A stretch of DNA of 53,695 nucleotides, the filler included, from Sphacelaria rigidula (lineage: Eukaryota): assembly GCA_964200075.2 (NCBI GenBank). It is 5 parts of 5 records of this genome, joined end to end, with 100 filler letters (N's around TTAATTAATTAA, not from the genome) between each part and the next. Parts side by side here need not be neighbours in the genome. Positions count along the whole stretch, not along the records: positions 1 to 10,660 come from CAXNAA020006125.1; positions 10,761 to 21,419 come from CAXNAA020006126.1; 3 more parts are not named here. One strand, given 5' to 3'. Shown here piece after piece: positions 1 to 12,336 of the stretch. Both the position numbers and the translations under genes were made by a program. The notes under the pieces are model-generated. The model had not been told where the DNA came from. It worked only from the letters and a program-made list of their open reading frames with translations, and searched no databases. Within the stretch, counting starts at the first letter, position 1, and each line of letters begins with the position of its first letter.

Positions 1-74
1 GTTACGCTTTTTGCCTTTCCGGCACGGTCTTGCCCCCAAGAGCAAAAAAAAACAAACCACGCGTCCCCCCCCCC

Positions 75-125
75 GGGGGGGGGGGGGGGGGGGGGGGGGG
101 TGTACTCTTACTGGCTACTCTGAGG
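75..125 (-). mobile_element. Probable LINE 3' terminus ending in poly(C)
   Basis: Minus strand reads GTAAGAGTACA followed by a long C run, like the GAGTACR-(C)n ends elsewhere in the window. Confidence 0.35.
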
Positions 126-274
126 ATTGCATACAAGACATGTAGGACGAAGGGACCGCTGCGTCTCCGACGGGAATAGGTCGGATGTAGGGTCACCAAT
201 GGCACTGCCCGGGATGCAAATCCAGTGTGAACTCAAAAGATGACAGAAAATAAAAAATGAACAATGAAACGTAC

Positions 275-3200
275 CTGATTTGCCCCACGAGATCCGCGAA
301 GAAGCCTGACTGCGTGAGGACAACCCTGCACTCAGGGGCTAGGCAGCAGCTCCGCACAACGTCGCACGCCGCCTGTGACGCCGAAACGCTGTACGCTCGA
401 TCCACGCGTGCGACACCTAGTATTCAAGACAAGCGTTCAAAGGCAAATTTGACGCAACGAAGTAACCTGCACTTTCTCTCTCCAAAATACGAAAAGAGTG
501 CTCACGGACACACCGTCGTGTACGTGGTGACGGTGGGCAATAGGAATCGTGATAGCCGTCGATGTTTCTACATCGCTCCACTACTATCAGGAAAAAAAAT
601 TAGGAACATTCCGCTAGTGAAGTACGACTTGAGGCCCATATCTTAAAGGCATTTTTTCCTTGCACAAATTGCATACCTGTGCAACGTACAAGCGACCTAG
701 TTTTGAACTACGTAGCAAACTCTTTCCAGTAGGCAAGTTCACAGGCGTGCAAATGACAAATGCGGGGATCCTGTGTCAGAACTTCCGCATGTGGTCTCCC
801 TGCAATACGGACACCCAGGCACGACTTGAGTCAGAGCTCTCCTATACGATCGGTAGTACCACCGGCGCCCTCGTTCTTGTCCTCAATCTGTTTACTTGTA
901 CGGGCTTCTAACTCGCGTTTTAGTCTACACCCGATCGCAGAAGAGAGGTGTTGACTATACAACGCATTGTCCTTGATATACACTTCCTTGAACTGGCATT
1001 CAGTTTGCATCATTCGCACCAAGTTGCTGCTGGAGCCGACCCCTGCCAGGAGATATTACTTTAAGCACGATTGAAAAAAGTTGGTCATGCTGGGTTCAGC
1101 ACTTTTCCATGTACAAGCGCTGGCACCAGAAACCTCAGACAAAAGAGCTTGCGCAGACCCTGGAAAAAGTAGCGAAGACATAAGCAACGCTTGGAGTGGC
1201 CCTCATCAGGCTCATTCATTCCCACGCCAGCGCACCATATTCTGGAGAGCTACCGTCTGGGGAGTTTACTGACGATGACAGCGCCAGAGATGCGACACGG
1301 TGAAGCAGCGATCGGGACGATCTGGGCCATTCCCCTGAACCTGATTCCCCCGCACCCGATCTTCCCGCAGGCCTCTGCGCGGCTGCAAGAAAAGACAAGA
1401 TTAGCGTAAGCATCAGAGCCTGGACTTGAACTAGGGTTCAGGAAAGGACGGGAACGACGGGATGCGCGGTAAGGAACGTCTGAAGGGTGAGGAGATAAAC
1501 TCTACGGGGCTTCAAGCTCCAACGTACTGCGTTGTAAGTCTGTATTGGGCCTCGAGCACTTTGGGCGCGGGCTTCCGTGTATGCTCTCATGCAGCAAGAG
1601 GCAAAATGCGAGAGCGGTCCAGTCCATAGACACGCACACGAGTAAACAGGACACCCTACACGAGAAAAAACAAACGCCTACGGGATGAGCTCTAAAAATA
1701 CCCCAACACCACAACAACACAATATCAACAATAACTTACCACCGTCCGGCCCCGCAAAAACGAACGCCTTCTTGCCCTCGGGGAACCCCCGCGCGACCGC
1801 ACACGCCAAACCCAGGACTGCCTGCAGCAGCACAGAACCCCGCCCGCCCACTCGCACCCCATCGCCAGGGCTTGCCACTCCATCGTTGCGGTGGTTTCCT
1901 CGTGGGCCTTGGTTCGGAAACGATGAAGACAACTCTGAGGCTAGAGCCAGTGGCCAAGCCTGAAGCAACAGCAAAACAAAAACGTTTGGGTTTGGGTTTC
2001 GGGTACGTGACCCGTGCCGTTTTTGTTGCAGGGGGAAGGGTGTTTAACGATGCCGGAAAGACTGCACAACTGTACGGGACAATGCATTGTGTGTGGGATC
2101 ATTCCATCTGTTCTGGATGTCGGTCTACATATTCTGGTATATGTGAGCGCATCAGCCGGGGTCACACAGCAGGATGCATATGCAGTGAAATAAGGGATCC
2201 CTGGATGGGAAATGACACATGACGGGGACCACGGAATATGTGCACATTCGTCCTTCACGTGTTTGCTCACTGAGTAGCACTAACCTCCCGAGAACTGTAT
2301 CGTACATGACAGCAGGAGAAAAAACAGCGACAAACAAATGCACGACACGGAAAGCATCAAACATTAGTAACGACAACGAAATATGACAAACGGCTCGTGC
2401 TGCTCGACACCCAGAGATGGAATGTCGAGGGAAAAAAAACAAAAACCATTATAACAGGATCTTGGGCCAATGAACAGCTGGAGTACCTACGACACATACC
2501 TTCCACAGCATCTGGGGGATCCCCAATCTCAAGCACTCCGCCTGTGCTTTGCGGCAATCACTCATCCCCGCCACCATCAACGTCGCCGCTCTTGAGAACT
2601 CCCGCTCCAAAATTGCTGCCCGGTCTGCTTGTTGTTCTCCGTGTACCTGCCAAGTATTTGTCGTATCCCATTTCTTTCGTTTTCAGGGAGGAAAGCTTTC
2701 GCCAGGGTTCGATCGCTCTTGTGAGTCAAGGAAACCATCTTATGAAAGTTCAGCGCATTCATGCGCGCATTTTTTCCTGCGGTGATTTCATTCGTTTTCG
2801 AAAGAGAAAAGCTTTCTCGAGGGTTCGATCGCTGTCGTTCATCGAAGAAACCATGTGATGAAGTCCCAAGACATCCATGGGCGGATTTTTTTCCTGCGGC
2901 GAATTTTACTGTCCTGGATATCAGACATTTGTGTGGTCAAGGATCCACTGTTGCCATTTGTTTTGTGGTGCCAGTTGGGCATGACTCGGTACTCGGTTAT
3001 ACCTAGCAGTGGCGATGTCAGCGGGGCGTGACTCGGTGCTTGGTTATACCAGGCAGAGCTACGCTAAAAAGGTTCGGCATTCGGAGTCCGAGAGGCTTGC
3101 CTCCGTGTATTTCGCCGCAGAGGTTGGGACATAGGTGGACGTGGAAAGAAGCACTCGCCCTTATACATTTGTTATTGGTGGAGTGTAACACGACGAATCT

Positions 3201-6200
3201 CACGTAACACGCGGCGATGACCCGGTTTCCTTTATGATATGTCATCCTTTGTTTCGCGTCCACGATTCGCGGTGCACTACAGAACAGGGAGACATGATAC
3301 ATGACTTTTGTAAGCGGCAACACTCACGGTGTTTTCATCTGCAGCCCCATCACCCTGCGCCACTTGTCCCGTCACGGAAATCGCCGCACGCCGCCCTTGA
3401 TTTCCGCCGCGTCCTCGTCGTTGCCCGTTCCCCTTTTCTTCATCGTTATCGTCGTTCCCGTCGTGGTCATGATCCAACGTGGTGCCGGGATCATTGCCTG
3501 TTAGTGGCGGAGAGGCGCGCCTTAACGGTCGCCGTTGTCGCGCGCGACTGCTTGCGGTAGCACCATCGCGTCCAATCCGAGGAGTGCCGACGGCTGACGC
3601 TGGTGGTGGTGAAGATGACAACGACGATGCCCGCGAGGTATCTCTAGCTTTTCCACCACCATCAGCAACTCTGGATCTCTCCACGACTCCTCTGTGCTTC
3701 ACTTTACGCGACGTTTTCTTGAGAATTTCTAGCTGCTTGGAGGCGGTTTTGAGGGTGTCCACCCCGTGACCTTTCGTGGCCATTTGCCCCAACAGAGTCT
3801 CCAAGAACACAAAAGCTTCACCTGTTCCGGATACGGCGGTGGGCAGAGATTTTTTGAGGCGCAGAGATCGTTGTTGCTGTGGGAGGGAGGGTGACCGGGG
3901 GGGGTCGGGGATTCGATGCCCACAGGAATTGGTAGCATGGTGCCCAAAAGTAGCCGCCTTTTCGTTGAACGTTTCGGGTTGAGTATCGTGAACTGCAGGG
4001 AAAGTCACACCCTGGTGATACCTTCCCGCGCCTCCAGTTTCTCGAAGACAAAGAAAGTACCTACAAAATGGATCCCTTACGTGAGACGTTGCGAGAAAAA
4101 GCAGCGCCGCACTCGCAATGCAAATGTTGCCAATGTCACGATTGCAGCTTCACCCGGAATTCTCCACACGTTAGGCGGTATCAGCGTTTGCGACCCCAGA
4201 TTCGACGTATTTTTCATCTCTTCTTTGATATAAGATAACTACAGCATGTCCCGATTCGTAGGAGATTGAATTATCCTGCACAGGGGGTTTTGCACGAAAT
4301 CCCCCGACCTGCGCTGGGAAGAGCTCCAGCTGTGTCTGAGCGCCAGGCTTCCCCAAGATATAGGTCACGAACGTTTCACCGTAGTCGGCCGAATAAGGCA
4401 CCCCAGGTGCAAGGGGGCTCATCGATTCCTACCCAGGAGCTACCGCCTCCTCCATCCCGCCGCCCCACCGTCGTTCATTCTTTTCGTGCTGCGAATGGGT
4501 TAAAACGACGCGTCTTCCCTCACATTCATTCATTTTGGGGTACTGTACCGTGAACGAAACGTGGTTTGATGTACTGCTGTCAAATTACGATGTTAAGTCT
4601 TTTGTGTGAAAAACCACAGTTAGGGGCCGAATGACGATTTAGGCCCATGTCTCAGCTTCTTTTACCGGACATCCCTTGCCGGCATCAGACATGGAACCTC
4701 GATATTCTCGACACCTAGGTTGCTAGCGACATCGAGCATTGTTGTCAAGCTCGCGTCGAGTATCCGTCGAATGCTGGGACCACACGGCAGGTCGGATTAT
4801 TTTTCTCGAGAAAATTGTTGCTGGCAAAACAGCCACCGGGGGACGGTATTCTCAGTCACCTACAGTACGCAGGACATTCCTATTTCCTCACCTAGCAGTC
4901 CTTCCGACACAGCGAGCTCGCGCAAGCCTTCACCACACTCAAGAAGCTGCAGCAGACAATGTGTGCGAAGACCATCGGAGCCTCTCCCCTCTCGTCGCTG
5001 CGGAAAAGCAATAATTGGAAGCAATAAAATGGTTTTTGCTGGCGAAACCTTATTGCAAAATGCGCACCGAGAAAAACATGCTTCATTACGGAACAGGCAG
5101 GGGCCAGCGCGAGAATAGTAAACCCTTCGGCGTAGGCTGCCCCTGGCTTCTAGTACACGACGACTACAGGATTGACACGTCCGAGTGGCAAGACACACTT
5201 TGCTGGACAAAAAAGAGACAACGGACACGGATACAAAGAAGATGGCAGCACTGCACCGTTGGTACCACAACTGCTTCGGGTGAGTCCCTTACAGTGCGCC
5301 CCTGCGCAGACAGGTGTGGAGAAAAAAGCAGATGAGGTATCAGAGGACGAGGCACCCGAAGTTCCCGAAAATCCCTTCATGACATACATCTCTATCAACA
5401 TACTTGATAAAATATACTCGAAGGATGCACGACGCTACTGATGCCAAAGTACGACACGATAAACCAAACCGTATAAACTAGACGCCGGATTGCCCACCAA
5501 TTCACTGCCGGGTCGACAGCTTGCTAAAGACGCTCGGACTTCGAGGCTTGATGAAGAGAAGCACCCCGCAATACCGACATACAAGACGCAAATCGTAAAT
5601 CAATAATGCCAACAATGCAACACAACGGCTGCATTGATCACGAGACAGTCGGTTCGTACACAAATCCAGGAGGCGGCAAAAGCGATCTTAGTGGTTGAAC
5701 AACGAGAACAACTGTTTCGACAACAGTACCACAAAGTTTGTTTCGGCAACGAGACTTACGGGTGCCTATGTCACAAAACAAAAAAACGAAGGTCGCTTCT
5801 GGTAGGAACGACGGCAAATGCTACTTGTTGAAGCTTCATAACCTGTATAACCGCAAGCGCAACAAACTTAATGGGAGAACAGTGAACGCAGGGAGCATAA
5901 TGTTTAGCCGTAAGGACTGAGACGTATACATCTCTATTCTAGCACCTGTGGCAACGTGTGGCTCGGACGCGCCGCTAGCGCACGTGTCTCCTCTCTCAGC
6001 AGCACCATGGTTATCCAAAACGCCTCCGTAGAACGAAGATGCAACGAGTTTTTCCATCGCGGGAGGGAGAGCATCGCCAGAAGAACCCGTTTCGCTGCCT
6101 CTCGAGCCTGAATAATTTCACACGTTCAGCGATACTCAAGATTCAAGTCAAGAAATGACAGGCAGATAGAAGCGTTGGTAAAGCTGACGCTCGAGCGAGT

Positions 6201-8331
6201 TTAGCCGGCAAGCACCAATCCGTTGATAGCATGCTGTCCAGTCCATGATAATGTCTTGTTCATTCGGAGTGTGGGGCTCTCGTGATGCCTCGCGCTGACC
6301 CTAGAGTCCCAAGCAGCCTGTCACCCCAGTAAAAACGTCCCACTTCGTACTTCCCAAGTAGCTGTCAAGCCCCCCCAAAAATGAAACATTACGTAGCAAG
6401 AGCAAGGGCGCGAAAATATCTATATCTTGCGGTTATGATCTCGGACCCGGATACTCTGAGGGTTGAAAGCCTATATTGCAAGCAAATACTTGTGAGAATG
6501 TTGGGGGATCGATGAATCCTTCGATGGTGGGTGGGGCCAAGACAAGTGGGAAAACATACCGCAGTTTGTGTTGAGAGCCTGAGTGAGGTACAATGACTGA
6601 TCATACAGCAGAAGTGGTACTAGTACCAACTAGGCTGGAAGATTAGAGGGCACAGAAGGTGTGTTCGGACACGAGCAAGTCGTGAACGCCAACGCACAAC
6701 CATCACTACCACCCCTGGTGCAACTATAGCTACTGCCTGCGCCCGGCAGCTCCACCAGATGGATCAAGAGTACCCTCTACACCCCCAACGTGGGCCTGGA
6801 AAACATACGCGAGATCTTGGGCAACGTTCTAGACGTGGTCTGCCCCTTCTACAGCCTTGAGCTGTGCTCCAAGACTCTCGTATCGGCATGCTTGCACAAA
6901 AGCACACACATACTCACGGCTATATTTTCGTCCTACGAGTACATTGCCACCAGAAAACTCCATGTTCCGGACCCCAGAAGTCCGGCATCAACGTTCAGCA
7001 CAAGAAAAATGTTATGGACAAGCTTCGAATTTGTCCGTGCGAACACGATTTTCTCGGGAGAAAAATTTCGTACGAGACATTGGCGCGGGTATCCTGGAAT
7101 CCGGAGAATGAGCAGCTCGCTGCCAGCGCGCTGAAGGACAAACCGGAAGTTGGTGAGTTTTTGATTCTTGCGCAAGCACTGGTGTCTTCAATTGCTTCAC
7201 ACCCTGTACAACATGTAGACAATAGTTGCAACAGAAAAAATGTACTGTGTAAAGTATAGGCCTGTTGCGACCACGGTCAGGCCGATATTCACGGACAGTT
7301 GCAATAGGCCTATACTTTACTCAGTACAATTTTCTCTTATTGCGACTGTTGTTGACCACATAGTGCCGAGGGTGTGAATCATTTTCAAAGTCACTTCCAA
7401 GTACCTGAGACACCATCGTCCCTGCCTCTTCCTCGCTGTCTTGTCCGGAGGAAAAATCTCCTGTTGACCACCGGAGCACGCCTGCCAATGCATCGAAAAC
7501 CGCAACAGGGATAACCGCCGAGCCCCCGGGTGCCAGCATATCGTCACCTTCGTCCGTCGCTGAAGACAACAGGCACGCTAGCAAAATACATGCCTCACGG
7601 GCCACATAAGCGTGGTCATCTTCCACCCGCGTATACATCGGCGGCGAGGCATTGCTGGTTGCGGGGGAACTTGAGGTGGAAGATGACACTGGTGATGTCA
7701 CGTCGTCCACCACCCCGATTAAGCACCGAACGACCCCGGGTAACAAGGGTGTCCTCTTGATTACCGACCATCGCAAATCTCTGGCCGCCGCCGCCGCCTT
7801 TGTTGCCGTTGGTGTCGCTGCTGCCGTCGGCTTGGTACTGTACTCTTCTGCATCGGAAAGAAGAGCCGGCAGGCGGCAGGCGGGGTAAGCCCTACAAGAA
7901 CGTGAGATTCATGAACCAAAGCCAGAAGTGCATCAAGCCATGGCGGGACGCGAAGCGGAGTAGCTTTCGCGGGGATTACACACGAATCACATACACGCGA
8001 GATTATGCTGATAGAATTGAAGGCCGTCACTGGGGAATGCGAACTTCGCATACTGACTCACAATCGCAGCGGAGAAGATACTGCCACGGAACCCCATGAG
8101 TTGAAATGAGTTTGATGTAGACACCAATGTCACTCACCGGCAGATACAGGGATCGTCGATGACGTACGTAACAAGGGTGAAGCCGGGGAGCACACGATAC
8201 TCTTCAGAAAGTTTAGCGCGGTTGCCTGAGCCCGCCTCAATGCAGAAGTTTCCCGTGTAATAGAGGACACGTGGAGCAGCGGAGGCCACCCGCCGGTGAA
8301 GTTTTCAAACTCCTCTTCGTTTAAATGATGA
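275..8331 (-). CDS. RTTN: Multi-exon rotatin-like (RTTN/Ana3) armadillo-type centriolar protein, partial
   Basis: AG/GT-bounded exons: 8331-8138, 7847-7405, 6107-5946, 3821-3328, 2646-2500, 1959-1740, 1382-~1230 (donor uncertain), 416-275. Phases are compatible except 5946 to 3821, which needs an unidentified exon. Spliced peptide EREFSRAATLMVAGMSDCRKAQAECLRLGIPQMLWKAWPLAL...LLQAVLGLACAVARGFPEGKKAF...SLLHRVASLA...CCLAPECRVVLTQSGFF is collinear with the rotatin C-terminus as recalled (KEAALEAHLVPVLHSLWPW...ANFPNGCSSL...SLMLCILKLA...LALSHDCKGVIQKSNFL). Confidence 0.65.
2675..2908. repeat. Two diverged tandem copies of a ~116-bp unit (intronic)
   Basis: AAAGCTTTC..AGGGTTCGATCGCT..GAAACCAT..TTTTTTCCTGCGG occurs twice; GCTTTC at 2695 and 2811. 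Confidence 0.75.
7249..7320. repeat. Short inverted repeat / mini-MITE
   Basis: GTAAAGTATAGGCCTGTTGC ... GCAATAGGCCTATACTTTAC, 20-bp arms with 1 mismatch. Confidence 0.65.
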
Positions 8332-9223
8332 CTGTACGCACAGAAATTGTGGGACGGAGGGACGTGAAACGTCGGTTATGGAGCTTCACAATGAGGCAAA
8401 GCTCACCCCGTGCAAGTGTGCGACAATGGTGAAGGAGGAGACAGAGGGCCCAAGGGAAGGGGAAAAGAGAGAGATCTTCGTCGACAGGGGGCGTGTAACA
8501 GGATAAGTATGGCAATGAGAGAAGCGTAACGCGGGAATACGGCTGTTCGCTATGACCATACCTTGAGACATGACGCACGAACGAGCAGGAAAGTCAAACA
8601 TATTGCCGCAGATAGGCGCATACATTTCGTGGGAAATGCTTACAGCGTGCTGTACTGCGCGTGGCGAAATAGGAAAGAGCTTCAAAGAACATGCACACGC
8701 CATCTCCCCCACATCCAGTGGAGAGTATGGCTACACAAAACGTACGCCGGGCTTACTTTGGTTTTCGCAATATCCATGTGCGTCAGACAAGCGTTTTTCT
8801 ATATCACAGGAATGACAGATACGATTTGACTGTCAAATAATGGCAGCATCACACCGTGGACGAGTGGATGGAGTCTCCCCGAGCAGATGCACGCACGCCT
8901 GCGGGCATCCTGACTCCCACAAGTCCTTGAGCAGCACAGGCAACCCTTTAACAGCGCTCGATTCGTCGCCCCCCTTGCTTCCCGATGGCGGTTCCAATCC
9001 GCCACCTTTCGCGCAGCCCACCATCCAGGCATATCACACAGACCCGTAAAGTGAAACACAAGAGGGAATGAGTCATCATTATCCGACCGGTAAATGTGTG
9101 TCGTGAGTTTCTCCATTTTCCTCCGTCTCTCCAACCCTATAGATCCTGGACCAAACGCTGTTTTTTCTTCCAAACGCTGTTTCTTCTTCGATTCCTGTCC
9201 TCCTACCTAAATATTTTACCAAA

Positions 9224-9767
9224 TATTTCCTCTGTCCCATAAGTAAACTACGTTATGATTACACGGACTCTTAACCACGCCGTAGGTGATAATGGTTTTG
9301 GAATCTTCGGTGTTTTTTTAGTTGAATCCCATTTTTTTTTCTTTTGCGCACTACTTGGCATGGACGAACGGCCCAAAAAGCACCAGTCGGCCGAAAAAAG
9401 GCCCTATTCCGCCCCTTTTCTGGAAAGCTGAGAAGAACGACGGAATCGCGGGAAAATGGCCAAAATCGCAAACAAAACGTCCAAAACCCCTCGGGCACGT
9501 AGCAGCCGTCGTTTACTACAAAACAGGCCAATTTTGTCGAATCTACGCCGGAAGTGGTTCAAACTAGTCGAAATTGGTCGAAATTTGGTCATTTTCGACC
9601 CAAACATTCTCAGTAAGTACGAGTTGGATTTTGTTTTTTGTTTTTTTTGTGGTCATTGCCATGACCAGAGCTTTCCAGCGAACCCAAGTATAGCATAATG
9701 GGCACATGCATCGGCGAGATACGATCTGCCGCCCATAACGCAGTTTACTGATGGGACAGAGGAAGTA
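9224..9767. mobile_element. Stowaway/Tc1-mariner-like MITE, copy A
   Basis: TA|TTTCCTCTGTCCCATAAGTAAACTACGTTATG ... CATAACGCAGTTTACTGATGGGACAGAGGAAG|TA; ~32-bp TIRs, TA target duplication. Confidence 0.85.
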
Positions 9768-9836
9768 TGGCTACTACACTGTGGATGTGCCACGGGAAAT
9801 AACCCGGGTGGTGCCTACTATACCCGTGCAATCCTC

Positions 9837-10075
9837 CAAGGGTGTGTGGGGTAGGGTAAATACCCGGATACTTCCTCTGCCGCATTTGGTTTTGCTATGG
9901 TCCCATTTCCGAACTTTATGCAACTATTGGGTCGAGTTAGGTGCAGTCGCAATACTTTACGCAATATCTGGATATCGTTCAGTACGATCTCAACGCTTTA
10001 CAAAATTTCGGGTACTGGGAGTACGACTTTCCGAAATTCCCGAATGCAGGTAATACCCTACCCAACACACGCTTG
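9837..10075. mobile_element. hAT-like MITE
   Basis: TIRs CAAGGGTGTGTGGGGTAGGGTA / TACCCTACCCAACACACGCTTG; flanks CAATCCTC and AAACCCTC form a degenerate 8-bp TSD (6/8). Confidence 0.7.
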
Positions 10076-10604
10076 AAACCCTCACCCCATCGGAGCTCAT
10101 TATCCAGCTTTCCGCACGTCGCCGTGACGACCACCGCGACAAACCGCAACGAACCCGTCGCAACCGACAGGTATCCCGCCGCACCCTCGCCGCTTCTCCC
10201 TGAGGAAATGAATGCAGATAGGAAAAAGACGGGAAGTCGAGCGAGCAAGGGGTTCGAACGAGCAGCGAATCAAACACGGGAGAACGACATGTTTTGATTA
10301 GAGTGACACAACACTAAGTGGCACGCGGGATATTTTTCAAGTCAGGCGGGGGCGGAAACAGAGATGAAACTTCGTTCGGGGCGACCGTTCAACCCCGAGA
10401 TTTTCGTTGAAATTGCCGCACACACCATCTCGTGACCAAGATTAGATTTCTTGGAGATCGGCAAAAGTACGACAATCAATCAATCAGCCAACACAGGGAA
10501 ACATTCGGAACTACGGAGGCGTGATATCGGAGCGGTGCGAAACTCGAAGAAATTAAAAGAGTGGCGCTATAAATAAGAGCGGCGCGAAACTCGAAGCAAT
10601 AAAA

Positions 10605-10660
10605 GGGCGGGTGTACTCATGATCATGCATGCCATAGTCAACAGACAATTGACCTCGCAT
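10605..10660 (-). mobile_element. LINE 3' terminus (variant) ending in a C tract
   Basis: Minus strand ATGCGAGGTCAATTGTC...CATGAGTACACCCGCCC resembles ATGCGTGGTCAATGGTC...ATGAGTACGCCCC at 21520. Confidence 0.55.
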
Positions 10661-10760
10661 NNNNNNNNNNNNNNNNNNNNNNNNNNNNNNNNNNNNNNNN
10701 NNNNTTAATTAATTAANNNNNNNNNNNNNNNNNNNNNNNNNNNNNNNNNNNNNNNNNNNN
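10661..10760. other. Artificial contig linker
   Basis: 100 bp: Ns with TTAATTAATTAA (stops in all frames). Confidence 0.98.
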
Positions 10761-10843
10761 CCCCCCCCTATCGTCGGATGACTCAGTCGCCGGCCACTAT
10801 CATGGAGGACATCTCCGCCATACTCTCCCAATATCCGCTCGTC

Positions 10844-10860
10844 TTAGGGTTAGGGTTAGG
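10844..10860 (+). repeat. Short interstitial telomeric repeat (TTAGGG)~3
   Basis: TTAGGGTTAGGGTTAGG. Confidence 0.7.
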
Positions 10861-11100
10861 TGGAAGCTACCAGCTCTTTGGATTGAGACACCTCCCTTAC
10901 AGCAGAGCGACTAACACGAGCGGATACTTTTGCTCCTCGCCGAGCTGGCCGTTCCCTCCTTCTCTTGGTTTTTAATGTATGACCAACCACCCGTGGGCTA
11001 GCCTCTCTCCCCACGCTCTCTCCCGTCTACTCTGACTCCTGCCTGGTTTCTCCTGCAAGGAGATCAGCGCGCTCCGCGCACGCCGACCTTCACCAAGTTG
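10861..11100 (-). mobile_element. Possible LINE fragment (start of ORF2)
   Basis: Minus peptide KVSARVSRSAVREVSQSKELVAS resembles the segment before the AP-endonuclease domain of brown-algal LINEs (recalled). Confidence 0.35.
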
Positions 11101-11977
11101 ACCTTCATGCTCACATGCACGCTGTCGCCTGCTACTGGAGCTACGGCAACACTGTTTCCAGCGGTGGTGGTCATGATTCACAATAGCGGCCCCAGCAGAC
11201 AGGGACAGGGCGTGTTTCGACATCAGTGTTACGTAGCAGCAATACTGGGGGTGGCATTCACCGTATGGTGCGGGGCAGGTTGACGGTAGTTGCCACTCAG
11301 TTCCGCACTACTGTGGCTCGGAGCAGTTTGACAGTAGGAGTAATTTGGTCTCCGCACAAGCCGAGTAATGTACCCTTCCAGAGGTTGCTCCCTTCAGCTG
11401 GCACAATCCAGCCCCGGTGGCTCAGGCCCACGGCTGGGGGAGGGGATCGACTGTGTCACGGGTAGTATTCACCATATCGCGTGCGCGCGGGGTAGTTCAA
11501 CAGTAGGTGTCACCTGGTTTCCGCACGACTATGACACAGAAAAGTTTGATAGTAGTATCACTGAGTCTCTGCGCAAGCCGATCGCTATATCCTTTCCGGG
11601 GTCGCTGCCTTGAGCCGGCCCGACCCAGTCTCGAGGGCTGGGGGGCTAAGGTCGGGGGAAAAGCCGACATTCTTGATATACAATCTACGATACTCGCGTT
11701 AAAGTCTTGGATTGCCATAGCGGTCAGATATACAGACTATCATACTTTCCCTCTTACACAGCGGCTGAAGTTTGGGTCCTGGCGCGCATGCAGAACGGGC
11801 AGCAAACGTGACGCGTCGCAAGAATAACCGTGTGCTATTCCGAGAGAGATCATGCACAAGGGAGAGGGGAAGCTTCATCGAGTGCTTTGCTGGTTCACGT
11901 CGACAAGGCAAGTGAGGGAAGGTTTGTATCGAGGTGGTTGGGACCGCTCGTAAAACGTCGTTTGCTCGATAATAAGT

Positions 11978-12336
11978 TGCATAGGTTTCCGATCAAATAG
12001 TCCATTGCACGCAACTGATTGCGCAGACTTCTGACCGAGTAGTTGGTGGCGCGCAACCATTTGCACAGGCTCCCGACCGAGTAGTTCGGTGCCCATACCC
12101 GATTGCACAGTTTACCGACCGGTAGTTGTTTGCGCACAACCAGCTGCACAGATTTCCGACCAAGGAGCTGTTTGCGCACAACTAGTGGCATGGGTTCTCG
12201 ATCGGTAGTTGTGTGCGCGCAACCCCTTGCACAGGTTTCTGTCCGAGTAATGTTTTGCAAACAACTAGCTGCACTGGTTCTGACCGAGCAGTGGGCTGCG
12301 CATAACTACTTGCCAGATTACCGACCGAGTGGTTGG
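11978..12336. repeat. Degenerate 41-42-bp minisatellite, ~8.5 units
   Basis: Consensus ~TTGCACAGATTTCCGACCGAGTAGTTGTTTGCGCACAACCAG; units start at 11978, 12020, ~12061, 12103 and onward. Confidence 0.85.

Noticed and set aside
10705..10716. TTAATTAATTAA palindrome recurring about every 10.76 kb
   Set aside because: Synthetic linker inside N gaps.
11978..12336. CRISPR-like array
   Set aside because: Units are contiguous diverged tandem repeats without unique spacers; eukaryotic context; no cas genes.
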